In this document: piece by piece, positions 18,546 to 27,131 of the stretch
Position numbering within the stretch: position 1 is the stretch's first letter
Layout: each line of letters begins with the position of its first letter
Source: Bdellovibrionota bacterium
Lineage (GTDB): Bacteria > Bdellovibrionota > FAC87 > UBA2466
NCBI GenBank assembly: GCA_041736915.1
Contig: JBGSST010000158.1
Location: forward strand, 1 to 60,977
Length of the DNA: 60,977 nucleotides
Reading direction: 5' to 3'
Made by a program: the position numbers and the translations under genes
The notes under the pieces: model-generated
What the model was told of the DNA's origin: nothing
Databases searched by the model: none
The model's input: the letters and a program-made list of their open reading frames with translations, nothing else

Positions 18546-19032
18546 GATTATCGGCGATCTCGTGGAACAGTGGGGCTTCAACCGCAACCTCGGCCGCATC
18601 TGGTCGCTGCTGTTTCTACGCAACGAGCCGTTGAACGCCTCTGACGTGCAAGAGGCCCTGTCACTTTCGGCGGGCTCCGTTAGCTCTGGCCTATCCGAGC
18701 TGCAAACCTGGGGCTGCATCAAACGCCTACGGGTAGCCGCGGACCGCAATTTTTACTTCGCGGCCGACGAGAACATCTGGCGCTCGGTGGGCAACGTGCT
18801 GCGCACCCGCGAGCTACGCATTCTCGAAGAGGCCCGCGCGGGCATCGACGGACTCGTGCAGGTCATTCCCAAGCGCAACAAGGGCGAGCTGGGGAACTTT
18901 CAGGTTCGTCGCTTGAAGATCGTGCGCGAAGACATTCACACTGCGCTGGAGCTGTTCAGCAGTTTGCTGGTTGGCAACCCGATGGGGCTCGCCAAGATCT
19001 CTAAGCTGGTTACGCGGTTACGCGCGCGTTAA
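18493..19032 (+). CDS. GbsR/MarR-type winged-helix transcriptional regulator
   Basis: 179 aa with a GbsR-like pattern (FSEIIGDLVEQWGFNRNLGRIWSLLFL...LSLSAGSVSSGLSELQTWG). Confidence 0.65.
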   Translation: MADAKKIQMTEEEIAFSEIIGDLVEQWGFNRNLGRIWSLLFLRNEPLNASDVQEALSLSAGSVSSGLSELQTWGCIKRLRVAADRNFYFAADENIWRSVGNVLRTRELRILEEARAGIDGLVQVIPKRNKGELGNFQVRRLKIVREDIHTALELFSSLLVGNPMGLAKISKLVTRLRAR

Positions 19033-19054
19033 TCGCGAGTTTACAAACGAAACG

Positions 19055-19084
19055 GGGGGACGGCAGTTTTACCTGCCGTCCCCC
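19055..19084. terminator. Strong hairpin between convergent genes (intrinsic terminator, best for the minus-strand gene)
   Basis: GGGGGACGGCAG-TTTTAC-CTGCCGTCCCCC forms a 12-bp perfect GC-rich stem. On the minus strand it is followed by CGTTTCGTTTGT. Confidence 0.6.
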
Positions 19085-19101
19085 GGACGTGCGTTTAGTG
19101 A

Positions 19102-20523
19102 TTAGTTTTGCGAAGTGATACGGATGCGAGCCGCCGTGTAGATATTCTGAGGGTCGGCGACCGTTACGTCGGAGACATGGTCCCCGGCGGCAGACGATAC
19201 GTCCTTGTAGTAGAACGTGGCGCTGCTGGTTCCGCTAACCATCGAGGCGCGGGTGATCGCCGTGGTGCACGACGAGTTGCTGAAGAAGCGCGCTTTGTCG
19301 TCGCTGCCACTCAACATTGGCGCGTAGTTAGCCAACGTCCGTGTCGGCAGGCTCACGTTGTCGAGCAGCTGCACCGTAAGTCTCGTACAAGCGGCACGCC
19401 TTACCGTCATCGTGGTATCCGCCGGTGAGTACGCCAACGTTCGCGCTAGCAGGGCCACGTCGACCACGAAGCGTCCCGTGTGCGGCGAGAGAGTTAGCGA
19501 AGGCGAAGCGCTCACGACTCGGGCGGGGATTTCCAAGGCCCCGGCAACCGTGCCCTTGATGTAGAGGAGCACGCGTGACCTGCCCTGGTCGATGGCTACG
19601 TTGAAGGGAGCCGTTTTTGCGGTGTCCGAGCAGTCGGAGGTGAGGAAGAATCGCGATCCCGCGACGGGCGACACCTGGATCTGCAGGTCGGACGGGGAAT
19701 TCGTTTCATTACCGAACTGGTCGCCTACTCTTACCAAAGCCGCGCCGCATGCGTTCAAGGCGATTCGTGGAAAGTACGTCCAAACGTTCTTAATCGGGGC
19801 CGCCACGATGGTGGTGGAAAGCATTCCATCGGCTACTCCCGGAGCTTGGGCTTGAAGCGTTTGTACTCCCGCCGAATTTCGTTTGGAGTAAAGGCCGTAG
19901 GTCGCCCGGTTGCCGAAAGGTAACGGCACGTTCTGCGCGTTCGCGCAGGCCGAATCCTTGTAGAAACCGTTGGAAAGGGTGAACGTTGCATTGGACACCA
20001 CCACGTTGTCGTGGATGTCTAACGACCGGAGTACCACCGGGAAACATTCCCCGGCGACGGCGTTGCTTTTTCCGGTGATATTCACCTTTAACGATGTCGA
20101 GGGCAGTACGGTTCCCGCCGCATTCAAAGGTTCTTTGTTCACGTCCCAGCGCAGTTTCAGCGAGAAGGCTCCACTGCGTTTTGTGGACACGTAAAAGTCA
20201 GCGGAGGTTGAGCCCGATGGCATCGGCACCGAGCCAATCGCTAGGCGGCACGCTGAGTCGCGGTACATGGCGATCGATAGGTCTTCCGCGGCGAACAGAA
20301 GTTCCTGCGCTACAGGCTGATTGGCTACGATCTTAAACTTCGCGCATCCGCCGGCGAGGATCCTTTCCGGGGAGGTTAGCTGAAAAGTTGGTCCGGCCGC
20401 TGGCGCTATCACGACCGGAGTGTTGTTCTCTCCGACCTGGTTCTGGTTTGCGTTCTGGTCACCGCAACCGGCGATGACCGAGGCGATGATAAACGCGGCT
20501 GGAAGATATTTGAGTTTGCCCAT
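19102..20523 (-). CDS. Lipoprotein with four tandem Ig-like repeats
   Basis: ATG at 20523 gives a lipobox (VIAGCGDQ). Four repeats of about 100 aa each carry a conserved Cys pair (C...[FY]xDSxC). Confidence 0.6.
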   Translation of the reverse strand: MGKLKYLPAAFIIASVIAGCGDQNANQNQVGENNTPVVIAPAAGPTFQLTSPERILAGGCAKFKIVANQPVAQELLFAAEDLSIAMYRDSACRLAIGSVPMPSGSTSADFYVSTKRSGAFSLKLRWDVNKEPLNAAGTVLPSTSLKVNITGKSNAVAGECFPVVLRSLDIHDNVVVSNATFTLSNGFYKDSACANAQNVPLPFGNRATYGLYSKRNSAGVQTLQAQAPGVADGMLSTTIVAAPIKNVWTYFPRIALNACGAALVRVGDQFGNETNSPSDLQIQVSPVAGSRFFLTSDCSDTAKTAPFNVAIDQGRSRVLLYIKGTVAGALEIPARVVSASPSLTLSPHTGRFVVDVALLARTLAYSPADTTMTVRRAACTRLTVQLLDNVSLPTRTLANYAPMLSGSDDKARFFSNSSCTTAITRASMVSGTSSATFYYKDVSSAAGDHVSDVTVADPQNIYTAARIRITSQN

Positions 20524-20626
20524 GATGTTCTCCTTATGTGACTGGAGAACGAGCTGGTCCGCCAAAAGGTTACAAAGGACCGTCTAAGGGCCGAGAGTGT
20601 AAAAAGTTTGGTCACCCCGAAACGGG

Positions 20627-21208
20627 CTATTTCTGGGGCTTGGCGGTTTCGACCGACCCCGTGAAGAAATCACTGCGGTCGAAGGTTTTGCGCAGCCGAT
20701 GAATCTTTACCTTTACGGCCTGCTCGGTACTTCCGACGAGGGCCGCGGCCTCGGCGTGGCTGTGCCCTTCCAGGCAGACGAGCAATAGCAGGTAGCGGTC
20801 CGGAGGTGAAAGCTGGTCCAGCTGGCGGCACAGATTGGCCACCCAGTCTTTTCCGCCGCTTGCCACCTGCAGCACGTTCTCCAGCTCATCGATGGGACGC
20901 TTGGGGCGATTGCGGGGGCTTTTCACGTAGTCCAAGAACTTGTTGCGCGTTACCGTGAAGAGCCAGCTTACGAAATGGGTCGGGTCTTCCAGCGTGTCCA
21001 GGCTCTCTAGTACCTTCACGTAAGTCTCTTGGGAAAGGTCGCGGGCCTCTTCGATGTTTCCGGTGAGGTAAACGCAGAACCGAAAAAGGCGATCGTGAAT
21101 CCTGCGCACGAGGTCGTTTACCTCGCGGGGCCCATGTTTGCGCGCCTTCACAAAAAGCTCGGTGGTGCTCGTTCGGTCGGCCTTGGGATTTCGATTGCGG
21201 CCGCTCAT
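20627..21208 (-). CDS. ECF sigma factor (kinase-associated)
   Basis: 193 aa. Sigma-2 (DLSQETYVKVLE...FVSWLFTVTRNKFLDY) and sigma-4 (HSHAEAAALVGSTEQAVKVKIHRLRK). Its start overlaps the STK stop by 4 nt. Confidence 0.85.
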   Translation of the reverse strand: MSGRNRNPKADRTSTTELFVKARKHGPREVNDLVRRIHDRLFRFCVYLTGNIEEARDLSQETYVKVLESLDTLEDPTHFVSWLFTVTRNKFLDYVKSPRNRPKRPIDELENVLQVASGGKDWVANLCRQLDQLSPPDRYLLLLVCLEGHSHAEAAALVGSTEQAVKVKIHRLRKTFDRSDFFTGSVETAKPQK

Positions 21209-22695
21209 GGGCGTCCTTTCTTTTCTAGTTTTACCCGCACGCTTCCGGCGGCTTCTTCAATGGTAACGCGACCGGAGTAGGTTTTGTAACCCGATCGCTG
21301 CAGGACTAAACGGACCGATTCACCGCAGGGGACATTGACCGTCACGGGGGCTTCTCCCGCTGGACGATCGTTCACCACGGCGTGCGCTTTGGGAGGCAAA
21401 CTTTCGATGGAGAGCTGGCAACCTGGTGACCCCGTCGCGGTCGCGGGTGAGCGGTGGAGGCGCGCCCGAAAGAGGAACACGGCCGACACCACCATCACGA
21501 AACCTGCCACCTTGAACCACCGAAGAACCGACTTTCGTCGACGTGATCCCCGCGGCACACGAACATTCACGTGGGTTTGCAGCTGAATCTCGTTACTCCT
21601 GAGGGCCTCCGCCGAGAACTCGGATTCGATCCCAGCCTCTGCCTCGACCTTGGCTTCGGCAACGCCGCCGAGCTGGCGGCCAAATCCCTCGAGTCCGGCC
21701 AATAGCTCCATCTCTTCCCGGGTGGAAAGCGGAGTGCTCCGGCGGCTAGGGGCCTGGGCCTGCCGCTTTTCTTGGTCGAAGAGAACACCTAGCTTCTTCG
21801 ATACGCGGTGTTCGTCGTAGCTAGGAGACACCTCGTCCAAGAATCGTCTAAGCTCCCGGCCCATCTCTCCCGCGGATTGGTAGCGGTGGTCGGGATCTCG
21901 TTCGAGGGCGCGAGTGAGAATCGGAAAGAGACCTTTGGGAATCAAAGGATTGCTTTCAATCAGCGCGGGCAGGTTTCGTTCGCGGGCATTGGTTAGAATC
22001 TCGTTATCACTTTCGCCGCCATACGCTTTGGCGCCGATGAGCATCTCTAGCAGCACCAGCCCCGCCGAGAAGATGTCACTGCGATGATCCACCGTTTGGG
22101 CGTTGGCTTGTTCCGGGGAGAAGTACGGCACTTTTCCTCGTACGAATCCCGGTCGGGTCAGCTTTAGGTGGGAAGCCGCTTTAGCGATCCCGAAGTCCAC
22201 CAGCTTCACGTGCCCTTCGTAGGTCAGCATGATGTTCTGCGGAGAGATATCGCGGTGAACGATGCGGAGTGGTTCTGCGGCCCCCGGCGGAATCGAGTGG
22301 TAAGCGTAGTCGAGGCCCTGGCAGATGGCCTGCGTTACGTAAGCGGCGAACTCCGATGAAACCGCCTGCCTTTTCTTGCGGCAGCGTTTCAGGACGGCCG
22401 ATAGGTCCGGGCCGTGTACGAATTCCATCACGAGCAGAAAGTTGCCGTCGTCCTCTACGAAGTCGAAAACCTGCACGATGTTGGGGTGGCTCATCTTGCT
22501 GTTGAGATGGGCCTCTTCCTTGAAGCGCTTCACGGCGTCGTTATCGAGCGCGCCCGGAATAATGCGTTTCACCGCAAATTGCTTGAGGAAGCTGCCAGCC
22601 CCGCGGGCGGTCGCGCGGTATACCTCGGCCATGCCGCCTCGCCCGAGCGGTTCTTCGAAGGTGTACTTGCCAATTTGGAATGGTTTAAAGCCCAT
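21205..22695 (-). CDS. Hanks-type Ser/Thr protein kinase with TM segment and C-terminal PEGA-like domain
   Basis: GRGGMAEVY glycine loop, VKR Lys, HRDISPQN catalytic loop, DFG, and SPE. A TM segment (VAGFVMVVSAVFLF) is followed by a PEGA-like beta domain. Confidence 0.9.
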   Translation of the reverse strand: MGFKPFQIGKYTFEEPLGRGGMAEVYRATARGAGSFLKQFAVKRIIPGALDNDAVKRFKEEAHLNSKMSHPNIVQVFDFVEDDGNFLLVMEFVHGPDLSAVLKRCRKKRQAVSSEFAAYVTQAICQGLDYAYHSIPPGAAEPLRIVHRDISPQNIMLTYEGHVKLVDFGIAKAASHLKLTRPGFVRGKVPYFSPEQANAQTVDHRSDIFSAGLVLLEMLIGAKAYGGESDNEILTNARERNLPALIESNPLIPKGLFPILTRALERDPDHRYQSAGEMGRELRRFLDEVSPSYDEHRVSKKLGVLFDQEKRQAQAPSRRSTPLSTREEMELLAGLEGFGRQLGGVAEAKVEAEAGIESEFSAEALRSNEIQLQTHVNVRVPRGSRRRKSVLRWFKVAGFVMVVSAVFLFRARLHRSPATATGSPGCQLSIESLPPKAHAVVNDRPAGEAPVTVNVPCGESVRLVLQRSGYKTYSGRVTIEEAAGSVRVKLEKKGRP

Positions 22696-22799
22696 AGCTG
22701 CTCTTTCGTATCGGCTTGATTGAAACTAAGGGTAAGAGCTCGTCGGCTCGTGAAAACCCGCAAAAAAACCGAAACGTTAGGGATCGGGTGCGATCCCTT

Positions 22800-23780
22800 A
22801 TGCCGTTTATGAAGCGACAAGTTGCCTTAGGGTTGTTGGCCATACTGGCCTGCGCCGAGCTGTTTGCCGCCAAAGTGGTCTTCGATAAGGACTGCCTGCC
22901 CGAGGTATTGGCGCTGATTCGGTCTGCGAACAAGGAGCTGATCATCAGCGTGTTCGACATCAACGAGCCGCAGATCGTCGACGCTCTGATGCAGGCCCAT
23001 TTCCGCGGCGTTCGCGTGCGCATTCTCACCGATCGCCGGCAGGCCATGGGAGAGCACTCCCGGGTGCCCGACTTACTGCTGATGGGGCTCGAGGTGCGGC
23101 TGAACTCTCGCCGGCGCTTGCACCACAACAAGTTTGCCGTGGCCGATGGCGTGCGTAGCGTGAGCGGCTCGTTCAACTGGACCAACGGCGCGGCCCGCAA
23201 TAACTCCGAAGACCTCACGGTTTTGGAAACGGGGTTGCTCCGCGGCAGTGAGAAGGAATCGATCGGCAACTTCCAGAACAAGTTCTTGGAAGACTGGGTC
23301 AAGAACACACGCTCTAAGTCGGATGGCTATTTCACGAAGCTCTTCAAAGAGAAGGGCAACGCCGTTTTCGAACGGTGGCGGCCCTGGGTGAAGCAGGTTC
23401 TCGAGGGGGCCACACCGGCCAATCCCATGGAGGATGGCCGTTTGCGCGAGGCGATCGATCTGGCCGACGTATATTACGAAACTCAGCCCGAGCTTTTAGG
23501 ACTGGTGGCCCGGCACGCGACCGATTCCGGAAACAAAGCGCTGCGTAGCCGCATGGCCGCTATCGAGTTTCTGGGTGACGTGGAAACGCGGGACCCGGCT
23601 CACCACGCTCTAATTCAGGTGGCCGAGCATGACAGCCGCGAAGAGGTGCGCACGGCGGCAATAATCGCGCGCATGAAGCTGGGCGGAGTTTTAGAGGGCG
23701 ACGAAAAATTCGAAGGGGCTCGCGGTTCGCCGCGCAGAATGGGCGTTTACTGCCGGTCGCTATTGTCACGCCTGCGCTAA
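22800..23780 (+). CDS. Secreted single-HKD PLD-family domain fused to HEAT-like repeat region
   Basis: ATG at 22800 gives a signal peptide (MPFMKRQVALGLLAILACAELFA). HKD motif HHNKFAVADGVRSVSGSFNWTNGA. The C-terminal third has HEAT/PBS-lyase-like helices (LRSRMAAIEFLGDV...EVRTAAIIARMKLG). Confidence 0.7.
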   Translation: MPFMKRQVALGLLAILACAELFAAKVVFDKDCLPEVLALIRSANKELIISVFDINEPQIVDALMQAHFRGVRVRILTDRRQAMGEHSRVPDLLLMGLEVRLNSRRRLHHNKFAVADGVRSVSGSFNWTNGAARNNSEDLTVLETGLLRGSEKESIGNFQNKFLEDWVKNTRSKSDGYFTKLFKEKGNAVFERWRPWVKQVLEGATPANPMEDGRLREAIDLADVYYETQPELLGLVARHATDSGNKALRSRMAAIEFLGDVETRDPAHHALIQVAEHDSREEVRTAAIIARMKLGGVLEGDEKFEGARGSPRRMGVYCRSLLSRLR

Positions 23781-24473
23781 GTCGAACCACAAGAATTCGC
23801 TCGTGGACTGTAGTCCCTTGAGCGCGATTTTGCTCTCGTCGGAAACGGCCACTCCGTCACCGGGAAGAACCTTTTCACCGTTCAACGAAAGCTCACCGCT
23901 AACGAGCTGCAGCCAGCCGTGACGTCCGGGGGCCAGAGCTTGGGTCAGCTCGTTTCCTTGGTCGAGGCGGCAGGCAAAGATCTTGGCATCCTGGTTAATC
24001 GCGATTGATTCTGAGGCGCCGTCGCCCGACACGATTAATCGGAGCTGATTACGTTTTGATTCGGGATCGAAAAACTTTTGGTCGTAACGGGGCGTAAGGC
24101 TCTTCGCGTTCGGGAAAAGCCAGATCTGCAGCAGGTGTACGGGTTCTGATTCCGAAGGGTTGAACTCACTATGCTGCACGCCGCTGCCGGCGCTCATGTA
24201 TTGCACGTCGCCGGCCTTGATGACCGATCCGTTGCCCATGCTGTCCTTGTGCTCTAGTGACCCGGCCAGGATATAGGTCACGATCTCCATGTCGCGGTGG
24301 GCGTGGGTGCCGAAGCCGCGTCCCGCCGCCACGTAGTCTTCGTTGATGACGCGCAACGATTGAAAATGCTTGTGCGCGGGGTCTTGGTACTCGGCGAAAG
24401 AAAAGGTGTGGTACGTCTGCAGCCAGCCGTGATCGAAGAAGCCGCGGTCTTTGGATTTTCTGATCTTAATCAT
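23766..24473 (-). CDS. Pirin-family cupin protein
   Basis: 235 aa with the pirin metal site region GFGTHAHRDMEIVTY and a bicupin length. Confidence 0.85.
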   Translation of the reverse strand: MIKIRKSKDRGFFDHGWLQTYHTFSFAEYQDPAHKHFQSLRVINEDYVAAGRGFGTHAHRDMEIVTYILAGSLEHKDSMGNGSVIKAGDVQYMSAGSGVQHSEFNPSESEPVHLLQIWLFPNAKSLTPRYDQKFFDPESKRNQLRLIVSGDGASESIAINQDAKIFACRLDQGNELTQALAPGRHGWLQLVSGELSLNGEKVLPGDGVAVSDESKIALKGLQSTSEFLWFDLAQA

Positions 24474-24478
24474 GGGTT

Positions 24479-25306
24479 CTATTTACCGGGGTCTTTACCT
24501 TCAGTCACCCCGGGGAAAAATTTTCTGGCCTCCACGCAGGCCTCGATAGTCTTTTCGTTAGTTACCTTTTGAACCTCAGCCTTGAGTTTGTCGGCATCCC
24601 AGCCAGGGTTCTCGGCGCGCAGCTTAATGGCGTAGTTGGAATGGTAGACGTCGCGCATGTTGTCTTTCCAGATTCCCGTGGGCGAAAAAGTTTCTTTGGG
24701 GCCGTACTTTCCGTCCCAGAAGATAATCTGCGTGAAGCGGGTTTTCTTGGGGGCGACCGCCTCCACCACGATGAGGCCATCGACGCTTTTCAGCAGGTCG
24801 ATGTGTTTTTTCATCTGGTACCGGTAGGTTTTTTTGTCGGGCGAGTAGGACTTGTTTAGGTACGTCGTTTCGTAGCGCAGGTCGGGTACGAAGGGCACGG
24901 GGATGGGCCGGTGCCAAAAGACCGAAAAGCCGGTCGGCGTGGTCTCGGTTCTCTTTATCTCTTCAAACCCGGCGAACAGCTCTCCGTACTTTTCCACGTT
25001 ATCGAGAATGGCGATCACCTTGTCGGGTGAGTCGTTGATCGTTTGCGTTACCGACGCCCCCATGAAAAACGGCCGTTCGGGGTGGCGATGGCAGGTAAGG
25101 CGAAACACCCCCTCGGTCGCCTCGTCATACGAGAACCAGGCCGGCGGCCAATGCTGCTCGAAGCTCTCCAAAAGCCTCGTGTAGAGGGTCTCGGGTCCGC
25201 CGTTGGCGGGGGGGAGGGCGGGGGCCGAGCCGGGAAAAAGAAACGCGGTCGCCAAAGCCAGCCCGCGAACGGAGGAATGCCAGTTTAGGTGTGAAGCGTA
25301 AGCCAT
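24479..25306 (-). CDS. Secreted hypothetical protein (possibly START/SRPBCC-like lipid-binding fold)
   Basis: 275-aa ORF with a signal-like N-terminus. The fold guess rests only on size and pattern. Confidence 0.4.
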   Translation of the reverse strand: MAYASHLNWHSSVRGLALATAFLFPGSAPALPPANGGPETLYTRLLESFEQHWPPAWFSYDEATEGVFRLTCHRHPERPFFMGASVTQTINDSPDKVIAILDNVEKYGELFAGFEEIKRTETTPTGFSVFWHRPIPVPFVPDLRYETTYLNKSYSPDKKTYRYQMKKHIDLLKSVDGLIVVEAVAPKKTRFTQIIFWDGKYGPKETFSPTGIWKDNMRDVYHSNYAIKLRAENPGWDADKLKAEVQKVTNEKTIEACVEARKFFPGVTEGKDPGK

Positions 25307-25427
25307 CTTCCCTCATCTTCCTCTCCACCCCAGTCCGGTTCAAGACTGATTCAAATTATGCCGATAACGCATTGTGTTTCTGAGCGGGCCATGAACACCC
25401 GCCTTATGAGCTCTTTAGGAGATCAGC

Positions 25428-27131
25428 ATGAGCGAAATTGGAAAAGTATTGCGGATGAAGCGTTTCAAGATGACCGACCCCGAAGGGAAGGTGAAGTTTC
25501 TTTTTGAGACTGCGCTTGGCAACAAGTACACGTTACGCCTCACCGACGTTTCCATGACGGGCCTTGGGGGCATTCTTCAATCCTCGGCTCTTGCGGCAAA
25601 CGAAAACTTTGAAATGGGAATGCTCATTCCATCTTCGAAGATCACCTGCGAGACCAACGAGTTTACGCTGGGCCGTCTGGTGCTGCGGCGGTTCAGCCAG
25701 AACGGCAGCGAAGTCTCCGTGGCCTTCTCGACCATCGACTCTCGCATCCCCGTAGATGGCGTCTTAAGCCGGTATCTAGAAGTGGATGTCGATTCGAAGA
25801 AGTCCGCTTACGACTTCGAACTGAATCCTGAGCGCTTCAGCGTTCTCAGCTTTCGTGAAGTGAACCAGACGAACGTAGACCTCTTTCAGAAGACGGAGCA
25901 ATTCAAAATCTTTTTCGAAGAATGGCAGAAGTCAAACAAGTACCAGTACTACACTGTGCGTCTCCCTTCGAAAGGTGAGCGCGTAAAGCTAAAACAGCGC
26001 CGCAAGGGCGATCGCAACGATTATCTGGTGGCTAGCTCCAATGACTATCTGGGCTTAGCCTCTCATCCTCAGGTAATCGAGGCGGCGAAAAAAGCTATCG
26101 ACATTTATGGGTTCGGTTCGACTGGTTCCCCGGTCACGACGGGACTCACGGCGGCCCATGAAGAGCTTCAAAGCACGCTGGCGTCACTTCTCAAGAAAGA
26201 CGACGTAATGCTTTTCAATTCCGGCTACACGGCCAACATCGGGGTGATCAATGCGCTGACCAATGCGCAGGATCTCGTCGTAGCCGACGTACTGGCGCAT
26301 GCTTCCATTCAAGACGCTATGGGCTTGTCGAACGCGACCAAGCGCTTTTACAAGCATAACGACCTCGCTCATCTGCAAAAAATCATGGATGAGAATCGGG
26401 CCAGCCACTACGGTTCACTAGTAGTTACGGATGGCATTTTCTCGATGGACGGCGACGTAGCTCCGGTGGACGCCCTTTCTAAGGTTTGCCGCCAGAATCG
26501 TTCACGGCTCATGGTGGATGAAGCTCATTCATTTGGAGTGATTGGACCTACTGGGCTGGGTGCGTGGGAAAAGTTTCCGGAAGCGGAAGTCGACATCGTC
26601 ATGGGAACATTTTCGAAGATCTGCGGCGGCATCGGCGGGTTTGTTGCGGCTAAGCAGGACGTGATCGACTGGGTTCGTCATTACTCACGCGCCTATATCT
26701 TCACCGTAGCGGTGCCTCCTTCGACGGCAGCCGCCGCGCTAGCCGCCATCAAGTTGTTCCAGGCTGAACCGGAACGCGTCGCCCAGCTCCATACCAACAT
26801 CAACCACTTCGTTAAGGGACTTCGCTACCTTGGTTGCACGATCCCGGCGAACCACGAAAGTCCCGTAATTCCCGTCGTCATCGGCGACGAAAAGAAGCTT
26901 GGGCTCATGAACGAAATCTTTCGTGATGAGGGTATCTACGTGGTGCCCATCGTACATCCCGCGGTCAGTCGCAAACAGTGCCGCTTCCGTTTTACCGTAA
27001 TGGCGACACATACGACATCTGATCTCGACTACATCCTGAATGTGCTGGAAAAAGCGATGCTGAAGGCGAACTTCACTTTCGCAAAAGATGCCAAAAACGC
27101 TCCTGGGCAGGAGAAGTCAGTGGCTGCCTAA
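25428..27131 (+). CDS. PilZ-like N-terminal domain fused to a PLP-dependent alpha-oxoamine synthase (AONS/KBL/serine-palmitoyltransferase family)
   Basis: The C-terminal ~370 aa show NDYLGLASHP, DEAHSFGVIG and the PLP-Lys motif GTFSKICGG. The N-terminal ~150-200 aa extension carries a DxSxxG PilZ motif (DVSMTG), preceded by LRMKRF. Confidence 0.8.
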   Translation: MSEIGKVLRMKRFKMTDPEGKVKFLFETALGNKYTLRLTDVSMTGLGGILQSSALAANENFEMGMLIPSSKITCETNEFTLGRLVLRRFSQNGSEVSVAFSTIDSRIPVDGVLSRYLEVDVDSKKSAYDFELNPERFSVLSFREVNQTNVDLFQKTEQFKIFFEEWQKSNKYQYYTVRLPSKGERVKLKQRRKGDRNDYLVASSNDYLGLASHPQVIEAAKKAIDIYGFGSTGSPVTTGLTAAHEELQSTLASLLKKDDVMLFNSGYTANIGVINALTNAQDLVVADVLAHASIQDAMGLSNATKRFYKHNDLAHLQKIMDENRASHYGSLVVTDGIFSMDGDVAPVDALSKVCRQNRSRLMVDEAHSFGVIGPTGLGAWEKFPEAEVDIVMGTFSKICGGIGGFVAAKQDVIDWVRHYSRAYIFTVAVPPSTAAAALAAIKLFQAEPERVAQLHTNINHFVKGLRYLGCTIPANHESPVIPVVIGDEKKLGLMNEIFRDEGIYVVPIVHPAVSRKQCRFRFTVMATHTTSDLDYILNVLEKAMLKANFTFAKDAKNAPGQEKSVAA

